A stretch of DNA of 64,000 nucleotides from Candidatus Poriferisodalaceae bacterium (GCA_965247395.1 OZ252012.1:242434-306433), one strand, 5' to 3'; counted from the stretch's first letter, positions 9,250 through 18,580 are shown. Made by a program: numbers and translations. The notes: a model not told the origin generated them from the letters alone.

Positions 9250-10430
9250 ATCGACTCCAGGCCAAAGGTCTTGTCACGATCTTCAAGGCCGTGCAGCAGC
9301 GTGGTCATAATGCGAGCACCGGTTTGACCGAATGGGTGTCCCAGCGCAATAGCGCCACCGTTGACGTTGAGCTGATCGGTGATGTCTATGCCCAACTCGT
9401 CGGCCGAAGGAATTACCTGAGCGGCGAACGCCTCGTTGATTTCAACCAGGTCAATGTCGTTCATTGACATGCCTGCGCGATCAAGAGCGCGTTTGCAGGC
9501 TTCAATCGGCCCCAATCCCATGATCTCTGGGTTCAGTCCGGTAACAGCGGTGGAAATGATGCGCGCCATAGGTGTAATGCCGAGCTCTTCGGCACGCTTG
9601 CGGCTCATCACCACTACCGCCGCCGCGCCATCATTTAGCGGGCAAGCGTTGGCAGCAGTAATGCGTCCGTCGGGCCTGAAGGCTGGTTTCAACTGCGACA
9701 CTGCCTCAAGCGTCACTCCTGCACGAGGACCATCGTCTTTGTCAACCACGGTGCCGTCAGGCAAAGTCAACGGAGTGATGTCCATCTCAAAGAAGCCACG
9801 AGCAATTGCGTCCTCAGCCTTGTTTTGACTCAGCACGCCGTACTCGTCCATGGTTTTGCGGCTAACACCCTTTAGCTCGGCCACATTTTCAGCGGTCTGG
9901 CCCATGGAGATGTAAAGGTCGGGCAAGCCCACCTGCGGCGTCCAGTCACCCTGGCCACCCTGTTCGCGAACCTTGGTGCGCTCACCGGGAGCAAGAAAAA
10001 CTGAGTTGGTGGTGCCGGGCAGGCTGTCTGCGTTGCCCTTTTCATAGCGGCTAACACACTCAACACCAGCAGAGATAAACGCATCGCCCTCACCGGACTT
10101 AATCGCGTGAGCTGCCATACGAATGGTCTGCAGGGAGGAAGAGCAGTAGCGGTTGACAGTGGTGCCAGGCACGTTTTCTAGGCCAGCCAGCACTGCAGTG
10201 GCGCGACCGATGTTAAAGCCCTGCTCACCGCCAGGCGAACCGGTGCCCATGATGAGGTCTTCAATTTCATCGTGGGGAAGCTCGGGCACCTTCTCCAGCA
10301 GCTTGGTAACGATCTGGGCGCTCATGTCGTCGGGGCGCATATCCACTAGGGACCCTTTGAAGGCGCGGCCTATTGGGCTGCGTGCGGTAGCGACTATGAC
10401 CGGATCTGTAGCGGCATCTGTGTTTTTCAT
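9198..10430 (-). CDS. acetyl-CoA C-acyltransferase (thiolase)
   Basis: 410 aa with thiolase motifs NRYCSSSLQ, NEAFAAQV, GHPFGQTGAR and CVGGGQGMA. Confidence 0.9.
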   Translation of the reverse strand: MKNTDAATDPVIVATARSPIGRAFKGSLVDMRPDDMSAQIVTKLLEKVPELPHDEIEDLIMGTGSPGGEQGFNIGRATAVLAGLENVPGTTVNRYCSSSLQTIRMAAHAIKSGEGDAFISAGVECVSRYEKGNADSLPGTTNSVFLAPGERTKVREQGGQGDWTPQVGLPDLYISMGQTAENVAELKGVSRKTMDEYGVLSQNKAEDAIARGFFEMDITPLTLPDGTVVDKDDGPRAGVTLEAVSQLKPAFRPDGRITAANACPLNDGAAAVVVMSRKRAEELGITPMARIISTAVTGLNPEIMGLGPIEACKRALDRAGMSMNDIDLVEINEAFAAQVIPSADELGIDITDQLNVNGGAIALGHPFGQTGARIMTTLLHGLEDRDKTFGLESMCVGGGQGMAMIVERLS

Positions 10431-10500
10431 TGTCTAAGTCTTTCTCTTAAATATTTTGGAACGGTTAGTTACGACTAGGCAAATGTGCCAGGGCTAAACA

Positions 10501-12801
10501 TTATGCGTTTTGCAGGGCGCGCCAGACATTTTCGGGCGAACAAGGCATGTCAATGTGCTCAATGCCTAAGTGTGCAACCGCATCGCACACGGCGTTGTGC
10601 ACCGCTGGCGTTGAACCGATTGTGCCCGACTCGCCGATGCCCTTGGCACCGAGTGGGTTGCGCGGGCTGGCGGTCTCGGTGTTGGACACTTCAAAGCTCG
10701 GTAGCTCCGCGGCCGAAGGAACCAGGTAGTTCAAGAAGTTCGCCGTCAGCGGGTTGCCAGCCTCGTCGTATTGCACATGCTCGTACAACACCTGGGCAAC
10801 GCCTTGGGCGATACCGCCATGCTGCTGTCCGTTTACAAGCATTGGATTCATGATGGTGCCGCAGTCGTCCACGGCAATGTGACGTAGCAGAGTCACATTG
10901 CCGGTGTCCTTATCAACTTCCACCACCGCCACATGCGATCCGAACGGGTATGTCGAGTCGGTTCCGTCAAAGTTCTCTTCGGCCAACAGGCCAGCCTCAA
11001 CGCCTGCCGGGCGAGCCTTGTCGTCGTTGGAGAGCTTGGCAATTTCAGCCCATGTAACTGAGCTAGCGGGCACTCCCGCCACGTGCAGGGCACCTTCGCC
11101 AACCTCAATGTCGTCGGGAGAAGCCTCAAGCAGATGAGCGGCCAGCTGCTTGCCTCGCTCTAACACTGCTTGAGATGCCACAAACACTGCCGACCCGCCT
11201 GTTTGCAGCGAGCGTGAACCCAGCGTGCCTGAGCCGCTAGGAACTTCCGCTGTGTCGGCGTCGATGTGCTTGACCATTTCCATGGGGATGCCAAGCACGC
11301 CTTCAACAATTTGAGTGAAAGCTGTGGCGTGACCCTGCCCGTGCGAAGAGGTACCCACACGAATGGTGGCCGAGCCATCATCGTGTACTTCACAGCTTCC
11401 AAACTCCGTGTGTAAGCCGACCGGTGCGGTTATTTCCACATAGGACGACACACCAATGCCGAGCAGCTTTGAGTCTTCTGATGATCGGCGACTCGCTTGT
11501 TCAGAACGCAGATCTTTGTAGCCCGATGCCGTAAGTACGGCATCTAGCGCTTTCTCGTATTCACCCGAGTCGTAGTTGGCGCCTGTTTGCAGTTGAATCG
11601 GGAACTGTTCGGGCTGCAGGTAGTTCTTCCGGCGAATCTCCGCTGGGTCCATCCCGATGGCCGCGGCGGCCTTATCGAGAATGCGCTCCACCATCTGCGT
11701 GGCTTCGGGGCGTCCAGCGCCGCGGTAAGCACCAATCGGTGTTGTGTTGGTGAGCATCGTGTGCGCATTGAAGTGGACGGTGCCGATGTCGTAGACGGCC
11801 TGGCTGAGCATGCCGGTCAACATCGGCAAGATGGCACCGATGATCGGATAGGCACCCGCGTCGGCGACCACGTTGGCTCGCAGCCCCACGATCTTGCCGT
11901 CTTTGGTGACGCCCATTTCGGTGTTCATAACCATGGAGCGTCCTTGCACCATCGACAGCATGTTTTCGCTGCGAGTTTCGGTCCAGCGCACCGCGCGACC
12001 CAGCGTTTGGGCGGCCTTGCCAGCGATGATGTATTCGACGTAGACCGCAGCTTTCGGCCCGAATCCGCCACCTACCCACGGTGCAGTTACACGTAGCTTG
12101 TCGGGCTCCAGTCCTAGCGCGGGCGCCAGAGCGTCGCGTGCTGCATGAGCGGCTTGGGTGGAGAGATGCAGCGTGAGATTACCGTCGTCTCCTGGCACTG
12201 CAACGCAGCCGTTTGGCTCCATCGGCGCTCCCGCTAGGCGCTGAGTAACGATGCGTTCGGTTACGACCGCATCGGCTCCTTCAAACGGGTCATTAGCGGC
12301 TTGCGCTTCGGCGTCGGGCACCACGTGTGCAAAGCAGACGTTTGAATCTTGGCCTTCCCAGATAATGGGGCTGTCTGGCTTGCTGGCTTGCTCAATGTCA
12401 ACTACTGCAGGGAGTGAGTCGTAGGAGACCATGACCTGCTCAGCGGCATCGGCTGCCTGAGTGTTTGTTTCGGCTACAACCGCCGCAACGACATCGCCTA
12501 CGAAGCGCACTCGATCAACCGCCAACGGTGGTCGGTTTAGTTCTGGCGGCATCATCGGAAAACCTTGAAATGAGTCCAAGGCCAGGTTTTGAGCGGTGTA
12601 AACCGCAATCACGCCGGGCATGTTCTCCGCCGCGCTGGTGTCGATGCCGGTGATCTTGGCGTGAGCTTCGGGTGAGCGCACGAACGCAATTTGGACAGTT
12701 TCAATGTCCATGTCGTCGACGTAGTGGTTGGCGCCGGTCAGCAGACCGGGGTCTTCAATACGCCTGACTGAATTGCCCAGAATCGAACCCGATGCTGCCA
12801 T
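10501..12801 (-). CDS. xanthine dehydrogenase/CoxL-family molybdopterin-binding large subunit (form II CoxL-like)
   Basis: 766 aa with the a/b-hammerhead N-terminus and the active-site loop GAYRGAGRPEA (AYRGAGR type, not the AYxCSFR of true CO dehydrogenases). No FeS or FAD subunit gene is adjacent. Confidence 0.85.
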   Translation of the reverse strand: MAASGSILGNSVRRIEDPGLLTGANHYVDDMDIETVQIAFVRSPEAHAKITGIDTSAAENMPGVIAVYTAQNLALDSFQGFPMMPPELNRPPLAVDRVRFVGDVVAAVVAETNTQAADAAEQVMVSYDSLPAVVDIEQASKPDSPIIWEGQDSNVCFAHVVPDAEAQAANDPFEGADAVVTERIVTQRLAGAPMEPNGCVAVPGDDGNLTLHLSTQAAHAARDALAPALGLEPDKLRVTAPWVGGGFGPKAAVYVEYIIAGKAAQTLGRAVRWTETRSENMLSMVQGRSMVMNTEMGVTKDGKIVGLRANVVADAGAYPIIGAILPMLTGMLSQAVYDIGTVHFNAHTMLTNTTPIGAYRGAGRPEATQMVERILDKAAAAIGMDPAEIRRKNYLQPEQFPIQLQTGANYDSGEYEKALDAVLTASGYKDLRSEQASRRSSEDSKLLGIGVSSYVEITAPVGLHTEFGSCEVHDDGSATIRVGTSSHGQGHATAFTQIVEGVLGIPMEMVKHIDADTAEVPSGSGTLGSRSLQTGGSAVFVASQAVLERGKQLAAHLLEASPDDIEVGEGALHVAGVPASSVTWAEIAKLSNDDKARPAGVEAGLLAEENFDGTDSTYPFGSHVAVVEVDKDTGNVTLLRHIAVDDCGTIMNPMLVNGQQHGGIAQGVAQVLYEHVQYDEAGNPLTANFLNYLVPSAAELPSFEVSNTETASPRNPLGAKGIGESGTIGSTPAVHNAVCDAVAHLGIEHIDMPCSPENVWRALQNA

Positions 12802-12843
12802 TGCGTGCTCCCTGTTGTAGAAGGTTCAGTAATTTCAGTAATT

Positions 12844-12864
12844 AATAAGGACATAGCCCTTATT
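12844..12864. promoter_or_regulatory. perfect inverted repeat AATAAGG-N7-CCTTATT in a divergent promoter region
   Basis: Read directly in the AT-rich 160-nt gap between the CoxL-like gene (-) and the amidase (+). It is preceded by the tandem 9-mer TTCAGTAAT x2 (12825-12842). Confidence 0.4.
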
Positions 12865-12961
12865 GGTACGCGCTGAGATTAGTCGGGTACAGCAAGCTAA
12901 ACCTAAGTAGCAAGCTCAGGTAATCGCTGCTTGTCTTGCCATTGCTGTCTAGCCTGAGCCT

Positions 12962-14449
12962 GTGTCAACGACGAGTGAAAGCGATCTTTGCTGGCTTAGT
13001 GCCACAGAGTTAGCAAGCAAGATCGCCAGTGGGGAAGTGCTTGCGACGGCTGCGCTGGAAGCGGTTATCTCCCAATACGAGCGGCTAAACCCAGAGCTAA
13101 ACGCGGTGGTGGTGACACAGCTAGACGCAGCCCGTCAGCGTGCGGCCGCGGCCGATGAAGCCCACAAGCGCGGCGAGGTATGGGGTCCTCTGCACGGTGT
13201 CCCGATGACAATAAAAGAGGCGTTCGACTGGGCTGGCACACCTACTACGTGGGGAAATCCGCAGTGGGCAGACAATGTGGCGCAAACCGATGCGGTCACC
13301 GTGCAGCGATTACTGACCGCCGGTGCGGTGATTTACGGGAAAACAAACGTGCCGCTGATGCTGGCCGACTGGCAGTCGTTTAATGAGATCTATGGCACCA
13401 CGAACAATCCGTGGGATCTGTCACGTGTGCCAGGTGGGTCGTCCGGTGGAGCTGCCGCGGCGTTGGCGACAGGCATGGCCACGCTTGAGCTTGGTTCTGA
13501 CATTGGCGGTTCTGTACGCAATCCGGCGCACTACTGCGGAGTGTTCGGCCACAAGCCCACCTTCGGTGTTGTGCCAAACCAAGGGCACGAACCACCAGGG
13601 TTTACGGTCCCGCTGGACATTGGAGTGTGCGGGCCGCTGGCGCGTACTGCGACCGACCTGGAACTAGCGCTGGATGTGTTGGCGGGTCCTGCAGGTTTTG
13701 ACGCGGCGGGCTATCACCTGGAGTTACAGTCAGAGGGTCGTGATTCGTTGAGCGATTTTCGGGTGGGCGTGATGCTCGACACCGACGTGATTGCCACCTC
13801 AACAGTGATGATTGACGCTTTACAGAATGCAGTTGATCGATTGGCGCAAGCTGGAGCGGGCATAACCGAAGCCGCTCCAAAAATCAACCAGTTTGAATTC
13901 TTTGACAACTACCTACATCTGGTCAGGTCGGCGACGTGCGGGATGATCATCGACGACGATGCTTTTGCTGAGCATCAAAACCTGGCTAAGCAATACGACA
14001 CTGCTCGGCGCTATGGGCGATCGGCTGAAGATTTGAAAGCGATCGTTGGCCACGCGACGACGATGACGCATCGCGAATGGTTGGGCCAAAGCGAGGTGCG
14101 CGAGGGCTATCGGAGGGCTTGGGCTGAATATTTCGACAGCTTCGATTTGTTGTTGTGCCCTACAGCAGCGTCAACGGCCTATGTGCACGACCATTCTGTT
14201 ACTCGCATCGAACGCACCATTGACGTTGACGGCAAGCAGGAACCGGGTATGGATCAGTTGTTTTGGGCGGGCTGGAGCTGCAGCCCGTATTTGCCTTCAA
14301 CGGTCGCACCGGTCGGGCTAGCCGCCGATGGATTGCCGGTAGGTGTCCAGATAGTGGCACCGCACCTGGGCGATCGCCGCTCGCTGCGCTACGCCCAGCT
14401 AGCAGAACAAACCCTCGGCGGTTTCGTCCCGCCGCCGATGGCTATTTAG
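12962..14449 (+). CDS. amidase (amidase-signature family)
   Basis: 495 aa, GTG start, with the AS signature GGSSGGAAAALATG...GSDIGGSVRNPA. Confidence 0.85.
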   Translation: MSTTSESDLCWLSATELASKIASGEVLATAALEAVISQYERLNPELNAVVVTQLDAARQRAAAADEAHKRGEVWGPLHGVPMTIKEAFDWAGTPTTWGNPQWADNVAQTDAVTVQRLLTAGAVIYGKTNVPLMLADWQSFNEIYGTTNNPWDLSRVPGGSSGGAAAALATGMATLELGSDIGGSVRNPAHYCGVFGHKPTFGVVPNQGHEPPGFTVPLDIGVCGPLARTATDLELALDVLAGPAGFDAAGYHLELQSEGRDSLSDFRVGVMLDTDVIATSTVMIDALQNAVDRLAQAGAGITEAAPKINQFEFFDNYLHLVRSATCGMIIDDDAFAEHQNLAKQYDTARRYGRSAEDLKAIVGHATTMTHREWLGQSEVREGYRRAWAEYFDSFDLLLCPTAASTAYVHDHSVTRIERTIDVDGKQEPGMDQLFWAGWSCSPYLPSTVAPVGLAADGLPVGVQIVAPHLGDRRSLRYAQLAEQTLGGFVPPPMAI

Positions 14450-14460
14450 AACGCATTCAG

Positions 14461-15372
14461 ATGACTGAGATTTCAACCGATCAGAAGAATGCCACTAACA
14501 CCTCTTCGTTGGGTTCCCTTCAGGCGGTGCTGAATGTTCGCTCCAGCGAAGAATTCGGTGGAGCTATAAACACAACCACGATCTTTGCGGGCGAGCCGTC
14601 GGGCCAGGATGGGATGGCTCTTTATGGTGGGCATTTGTTGGGCCAAGCAGTGACCGCGGCATGCAAGACCGTTGACCCGGAGAGCCAGATGCACTCGTTG
14701 CATTCCTATTTTTTGCTGCCGGGCGATGGACTAGCGCCCGTCGACTATGAGGTCTCAGTTATCAGGCAAGGGCGCTCCTTTTGCTTGCGTCGCGTGCTTG
14801 CTATGCAGAACGAAAAGCAAATTTTTGATCTGACGGCGTCTTTTCACAAGCCAGAACAAACCAATTACGCGCCGATGTCGGTTTCGGCCCCAACCGGGTT
14901 GGAAGACCCTGCGACTCTGCCGACGTTTCAAGATTGCATCGACGAGCTTGGGCCAATTTTTGGCGAGCACTGGTCGTACTATCCGCGCCCGGTGGAATAT
15001 CGGGTGGCGCGTGCACCTTGGCTAGAAGTTGGAGCTTCGGATAACCAAGGCATTGACTTCTGGTTTCGAGTGGAGCATCGCTTACCGGATGAGCCAAACG
15101 TTCATACCGCTTTGCTTGCATATATGAGCGACGATTGTTTGTCTGACAACGTCGGCGTTCCCTATGGGATTACCGCCGGGGTCGAAGACATCATGATGGT
15201 GAGCCTTGACCATTCGATGTGGTTTCACAGACCGGTGCGAGCCGATGAGTGGGTGTTTGTGCAGCAGTGGCCGCTGGTGGCTCACGGAGCTCGCGGCACA
15301 GCTCAGGCATATTTCTGGCAAGACGGCCAGCTAGTTGCTACTGCGATGCAGGAAGCTCTTGCGAGGTTTTAG
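14461..15372 (+). CDS. tesB: acyl-CoA thioesterase II (TesB-like double hotdog)
   Basis: MTEISTDQ... starts at ATG 14461. Contains TesB-like motifs LHSLHSYFLLPGD and IRQGRSF. The longer ORF-track version (from 14263) overlaps the amidase 3' end and is rejected. Confidence 0.8.
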   Translation: MTEISTDQKNATNTSSLGSLQAVLNVRSSEEFGGAINTTTIFAGEPSGQDGMALYGGHLLGQAVTAACKTVDPESQMHSLHSYFLLPGDGLAPVDYEVSVIRQGRSFCLRRVLAMQNEKQIFDLTASFHKPEQTNYAPMSVSAPTGLEDPATLPTFQDCIDELGPIFGEHWSYYPRPVEYRVARAPWLEVGASDNQGIDFWFRVEHRLPDEPNVHTALLAYMSDDCLSDNVGVPYGITAGVEDIMMVSLDHSMWFHRPVRADEWVFVQQWPLVAHGARGTAQAYFWQDGQLVATAMQEALARF

Positions 15373-16223
15373 CGCCGCGCAACTTTGCCGATAAACTCAG
15401 TTACCGCAGCGTTCCAGCCATCCGGATCATGCGCGTTGACTGCATGTGAACCAGGCAGGTCAACGATCTCAAGCCCGGGGATCTTGCGTGCTTGGTGCAA
15501 GAGTGGTTGAAAGCGTTCTTCTTGCACACCGTTTGTCAACAAAGCCGGAACCGAAATTTCGGCCAAGCGCTCACCCAGTGGTAACCGTGGGTTGGTGATC
15601 CTGAATGAGTGCACCAGGCCGTCGGCGGAATGCTCCGAAAACTCCTGATCCAGCTTCTTACGTATGTGCGGTGAGATTCGTTTTGAGCGACCCGGGTTAA
15701 GCCAGCTATCACGCAGCACCTCTAATCCATCTTCTTCGACCGACTCCGCGCGTTCTTTGGTGATGGTTTTCGTGCGTTCATCCCAAGTGGCCGGATCGCT
15801 AAACGCCGAAGCGGAATTTGTGAGCACTATGCCAATGAGATTTTCTGGACGAGCCAAGGCGTAGTGCAGAGTCAGCGCCGCACCCATCGACTGACCGATC
15901 ACCCATACAGCGCTGGGTTCGTTGCCGGAAGCTTCACCTGCTACAGCCATCCGTATTTTTTCGAACTCCGCCACATACGCCAGCGGGTCATAGCGATTTG
16001 GGTCGCGGGGAGTGGGGGAAGCGCCATGACCCCAAAGCTCAACAACCACTGGTCGACAAACCTGGCCAAGTGCTGCCAGGTTGTCATCCCAATATGAGCG
16101 GCTGCCAAGCACACCGTGCACCAGCAACGCCACCGGCCCTTGGCCGGGGTGCACTACATAGTTCAAGTGATAGTTCAGGTGAGGGCTCGGCTGAGGGTTG
16201 TCTGGGTGCTCTTTAGTGCTCAT
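15369..16223 (-). CDS. alpha/beta hydrolase
   Basis: 284 aa with HGVLGS near the N-terminus and the nucleophile elbow GQSMGA. Its stop overlaps the tesB stop (TTAG). Confidence 0.75.
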   Translation of the reverse strand: MSTKEHPDNPQPSPHLNYHLNYVVHPGQGPVALLVHGVLGSRSYWDDNLAALGQVCRPVVVELWGHGASPTPRDPNRYDPLAYVAEFEKIRMAVAGEASGNEPSAVWVIGQSMGAALTLHYALARPENLIGIVLTNSASAFSDPATWDERTKTITKERAESVEEDGLEVLRDSWLNPGRSKRISPHIRKKLDQEFSEHSADGLVHSFRITNPRLPLGERLAEISVPALLTNGVQEERFQPLLHQARKIPGLEIVDLPGSHAVNAHDPDGWNAAVTEFIGKVARR

Positions 16224-16267
16224 CAGGTTGCACTCTGATGGCTGCTCGTGCAGGTCTGTTTGGCCAG

Positions 16268-17704
16268 TTAGAAGCCCACCGGGGGAGTGAATCCTCCCAG
16301 TGCATCGCCCAAGAAGCGCCCGATTGCTAGCGGCGTTCGATCCTCTAGGAACGGGCCTGCGATTTGCACGCCTACCGGCAGGCCATCAACTTGTCCGATC
16401 GGGACGACGGTGGTGGGTAGCCACGACACTCCGGTAAGCCCCATCCATTTGATGGTGTCAAAGTAAGGGCGAGTCTTACTGTTTACCTCATAGGTGCGAG
16501 CCGTCATTGGACGGCTGTGGTCATGGCGGATGGCGGCTGTTGGCGTAACTGGCAGCAGTACTACATCCCAGTCATTGAAAAAGTTCGCCCAACGCTGCCT
16601 TTGTTGCAGACGACGCTCGTGCCAACTCAGCCACTCGCGGTGACGCATGGCTGCATGCCAGATACCTAGGTCTCCTTCAGGTTCCTCACCGGAATTAGCA
16701 ACTTCCTCAAGTTCGGCCAAGGTCCAAGTGCCTGCCTCGGCTGCCGACAACAGATGCAGGAAAGTGTCGACGGCCTTGTCGAAGGTGAACTCTGGTCTTG
16801 CGTCGGTGCTTACGGTGGCTCCCTGCTCAGCCAGTGCCTGCGCCGCATTCATAAGCAGCTCGCGATAGCGCTCGTCGATAAGGCAAGACTCTTCGTCTAG
16901 CCACACCGCTATGCGATAGTCCGCAACGGACTTATGGCGAGCCGGAGGCAGATCGATGGAATAGGCAACGCTGTTCCAAGCGTCAGGACCTACCAGAAGG
17001 TCAAGCGCCATCTCCAAGTCATCCACGCTGCGAGCCATAGGGCCAGCCACGGCGATATCGGCTTGGCTGAGCGTGCCAGGCATACCAGGGATTTGACCTA
17101 AGGCCGAAACAATGCCGTAGCTGGGCTTGTGTCCGCACACACCCGACCAGTGCGAAGGAACCCGGATAGAACCCCCAATGTCTGAGCCAAGCTCAAGCGG
17201 GGTGTAGCCAGCAGCCAGGGCCGCTCCTGATCCGCCCGATGAGCCTCCCGGAGTGTGCTCAATGTTGTATGGGTTGGCCGTGGTGCCATAGACCTCGTTG
17301 TAAGACTGCGTATCGCCGGCCCAGATGGGCAGATTGGTTTTGCCAAATACAACCGCACCTGCGTTCTTGTAGCGAGCAACCGGGTTGGCGTCACTAGTAG
17401 GGACAAAGTCGGCAAGTTCGGGTGCGCCAGAGGTGGTGATGATGCCCTCTGTCTGGAAGGAGTCTTTGATGGTGATCGGCACGCCGTGTAGCGGTCCGCT
17501 GGTCTTGCCTGCCGCGGTAGCGGCATCGGCCCTGTCGGCGGCCTCAAGCGCGCGCTCCGAGTCCAGCTGCACAACGGCATTGATCGGTCCGTCGATGCGG
17601 TCGATGCGAGCTAGTGCTGCTTCGAGTAGCTCTCGACTTGATACTTCGCGGCGCGCTAGTGCGGCCGCCGTGTCGATGGCAGATTGGTAGGCGAAGTCGC
17701 TCAC
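16268..17704 (-). CDS. amidase (amidase-signature family), paralog of 12962-14449
   Basis: 478 aa with GGSSGGSGAALAAG...GSDIGGSIRVP. The C-terminus GLPVGVQIAGP...GGFTPP parallels the other amidase. Confidence 0.85.
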   Translation of the reverse strand: MSDFAYQSAIDTAAALARREVSSRELLEAALARIDRIDGPINAVVQLDSERALEAADRADAATAAGKTSGPLHGVPITIKDSFQTEGIITTSGAPELADFVPTSDANPVARYKNAGAVVFGKTNLPIWAGDTQSYNEVYGTTANPYNIEHTPGGSSGGSGAALAAGYTPLELGSDIGGSIRVPSHWSGVCGHKPSYGIVSALGQIPGMPGTLSQADIAVAGPMARSVDDLEMALDLLVGPDAWNSVAYSIDLPPARHKSVADYRIAVWLDEESCLIDERYRELLMNAAQALAEQGATVSTDARPEFTFDKAVDTFLHLLSAAEAGTWTLAELEEVANSGEEPEGDLGIWHAAMRHREWLSWHERRLQQRQRWANFFNDWDVVLLPVTPTAAIRHDHSRPMTARTYEVNSKTRPYFDTIKWMGLTGVSWLPTTVVPIGQVDGLPVGVQIAGPFLEDRTPLAIGRFLGDALGGFTPPVGF

Positions 17705-17730
17705 GGTTTTCCCCAGTTTTTTGACATAGC

Positions 17731-17751
17731 TAGCGTTGCGCGTGAACGCTA
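17731..17751. promoter_or_regulatory. perfect inverted repeat TAGCGTT-N7-AACGCTA in a divergent promoter region
   Basis: Read directly between the amidase (-) and the lipoprotein gene (+). A TTGACA hexamer lies at 17721-17726. Confidence 0.4.
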
Positions 17752-17836
17752 TTTGATTGGCAAGCTCGGCAAGTTAGCCCCGTCCTAGCCGTTAATTCCG
17801 ATTGACCAAAGCGCCTCTTGCCGCAAAAGTGCGGCA

Positions 17837-18580
17837 ATGAGCTCTTTCGGTCTTGTTCCTGCTGTGTGGTTGCTTTGCGTCACACCCTTTTTGGTGATGC
17901 TTGTTGGGTGCGGTGCTGGCTCTGAGACAGCGGTATCCCGGCTGCCGTTCCAACAAAACCAGCAGATACAGCACAACTCGCAATTACCCAGCTCGCAATC
18001 ACTTGGCCAAGCAAAAGCGGTGGTGTCAGGTAGCTCTGCGAACGGGATTGGGCCGTTTGATCAAGCGGCACCGGTTCCGACTGAACTAGCCGTGCTTGAC
18101 GAGCCCGTGGAGCTTGAAGTTGTAAACCGCTTCGAGCAAGCCATGACGGCCTATCGCGCGGCACGCTCGCAGCCAGTCCGACCCGATTTCCCGCTGCTTG
18201 AGCTAACGCACACACCCGCAACGGCAGTTCAGCTGAAGGCGGGGCTGCAACAACAGCGTGATAACCGTCTCGCGTTGCGTTACCCGAATGGTCAAAAGTT
18301 TTCTGCCCGCTACGCCGCAGTCAGCATCTCTGGTGGTGTTGCAGCTGGTGTTACCGGTAGTGGTGTTGTCGGCGACGGTGCTATCGCTGACACAGCCACG
18401 GTGACGGGCTGCACGCATTACCGCGCCATTGAGTTTGATTCAAGCAACGGCAGCGATGTGGCCGAGTTTGACGAAAGAGTCAGCTTTACCGCACAGCTGG
18501 TCCTAAGTCCTGACCAGGACTGGCTGCTTGACGCCTATGTGGCTTTTCCACTGGACACATGGGGAGAGAACCATTGCTAA
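17837..18580 (+). CDS. hypothetical lipoprotein
   Basis: 247 aa. Signal peptide ending LVGCGAG (lipobox), a Gln/Ser-rich linker, then a region I cannot assign to any family. Confidence 0.5.
   Translation: MSSFGLVPAVWLLCVTPFLVMLVGCGAGSETAVSRLPFQQNQQIQHNSQLPSSQSLGQAKAVVSGSSANGIGPFDQAAPVPTELAVLDEPVELEVVNRFEQAMTAYRAARSQPVRPDFPLLELTHTPATAVQLKAGLQQQRDNRLALRYPNGQKFSARYAAVSISGGVAAGVTGSGVVGDGAIADTATVTGCTHYRAIEFDSSNGSDVAEFDERVSFTAQLVLSPDQDWLLDAYVAFPLDTWGENHC

Noticed and set aside
12802-12961. Moco riboswitch upstream of the CoxL-like gene (and at 59158-59293 for the second copy)
   Set aside because: I could not recognise the conserved Moco-RNA motif core by eye in either leader. Without a covariance-model search this cannot be claimed.
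14263-14460. N-terminal 66-aa extension of the thioesterase ORF. Analogous extensions occur for rph (5661-5762), rdgB (6525-6635), ndk (37042-37104), rplU (45862-45891), rne (43796-43840) and the second Nudix gene (28648-28881).
   Set aside because: The extensions overlap the preceding gene or an intergenic region, have low-complexity composition, and precede an internal ATG that matches the conserved family N-terminus.
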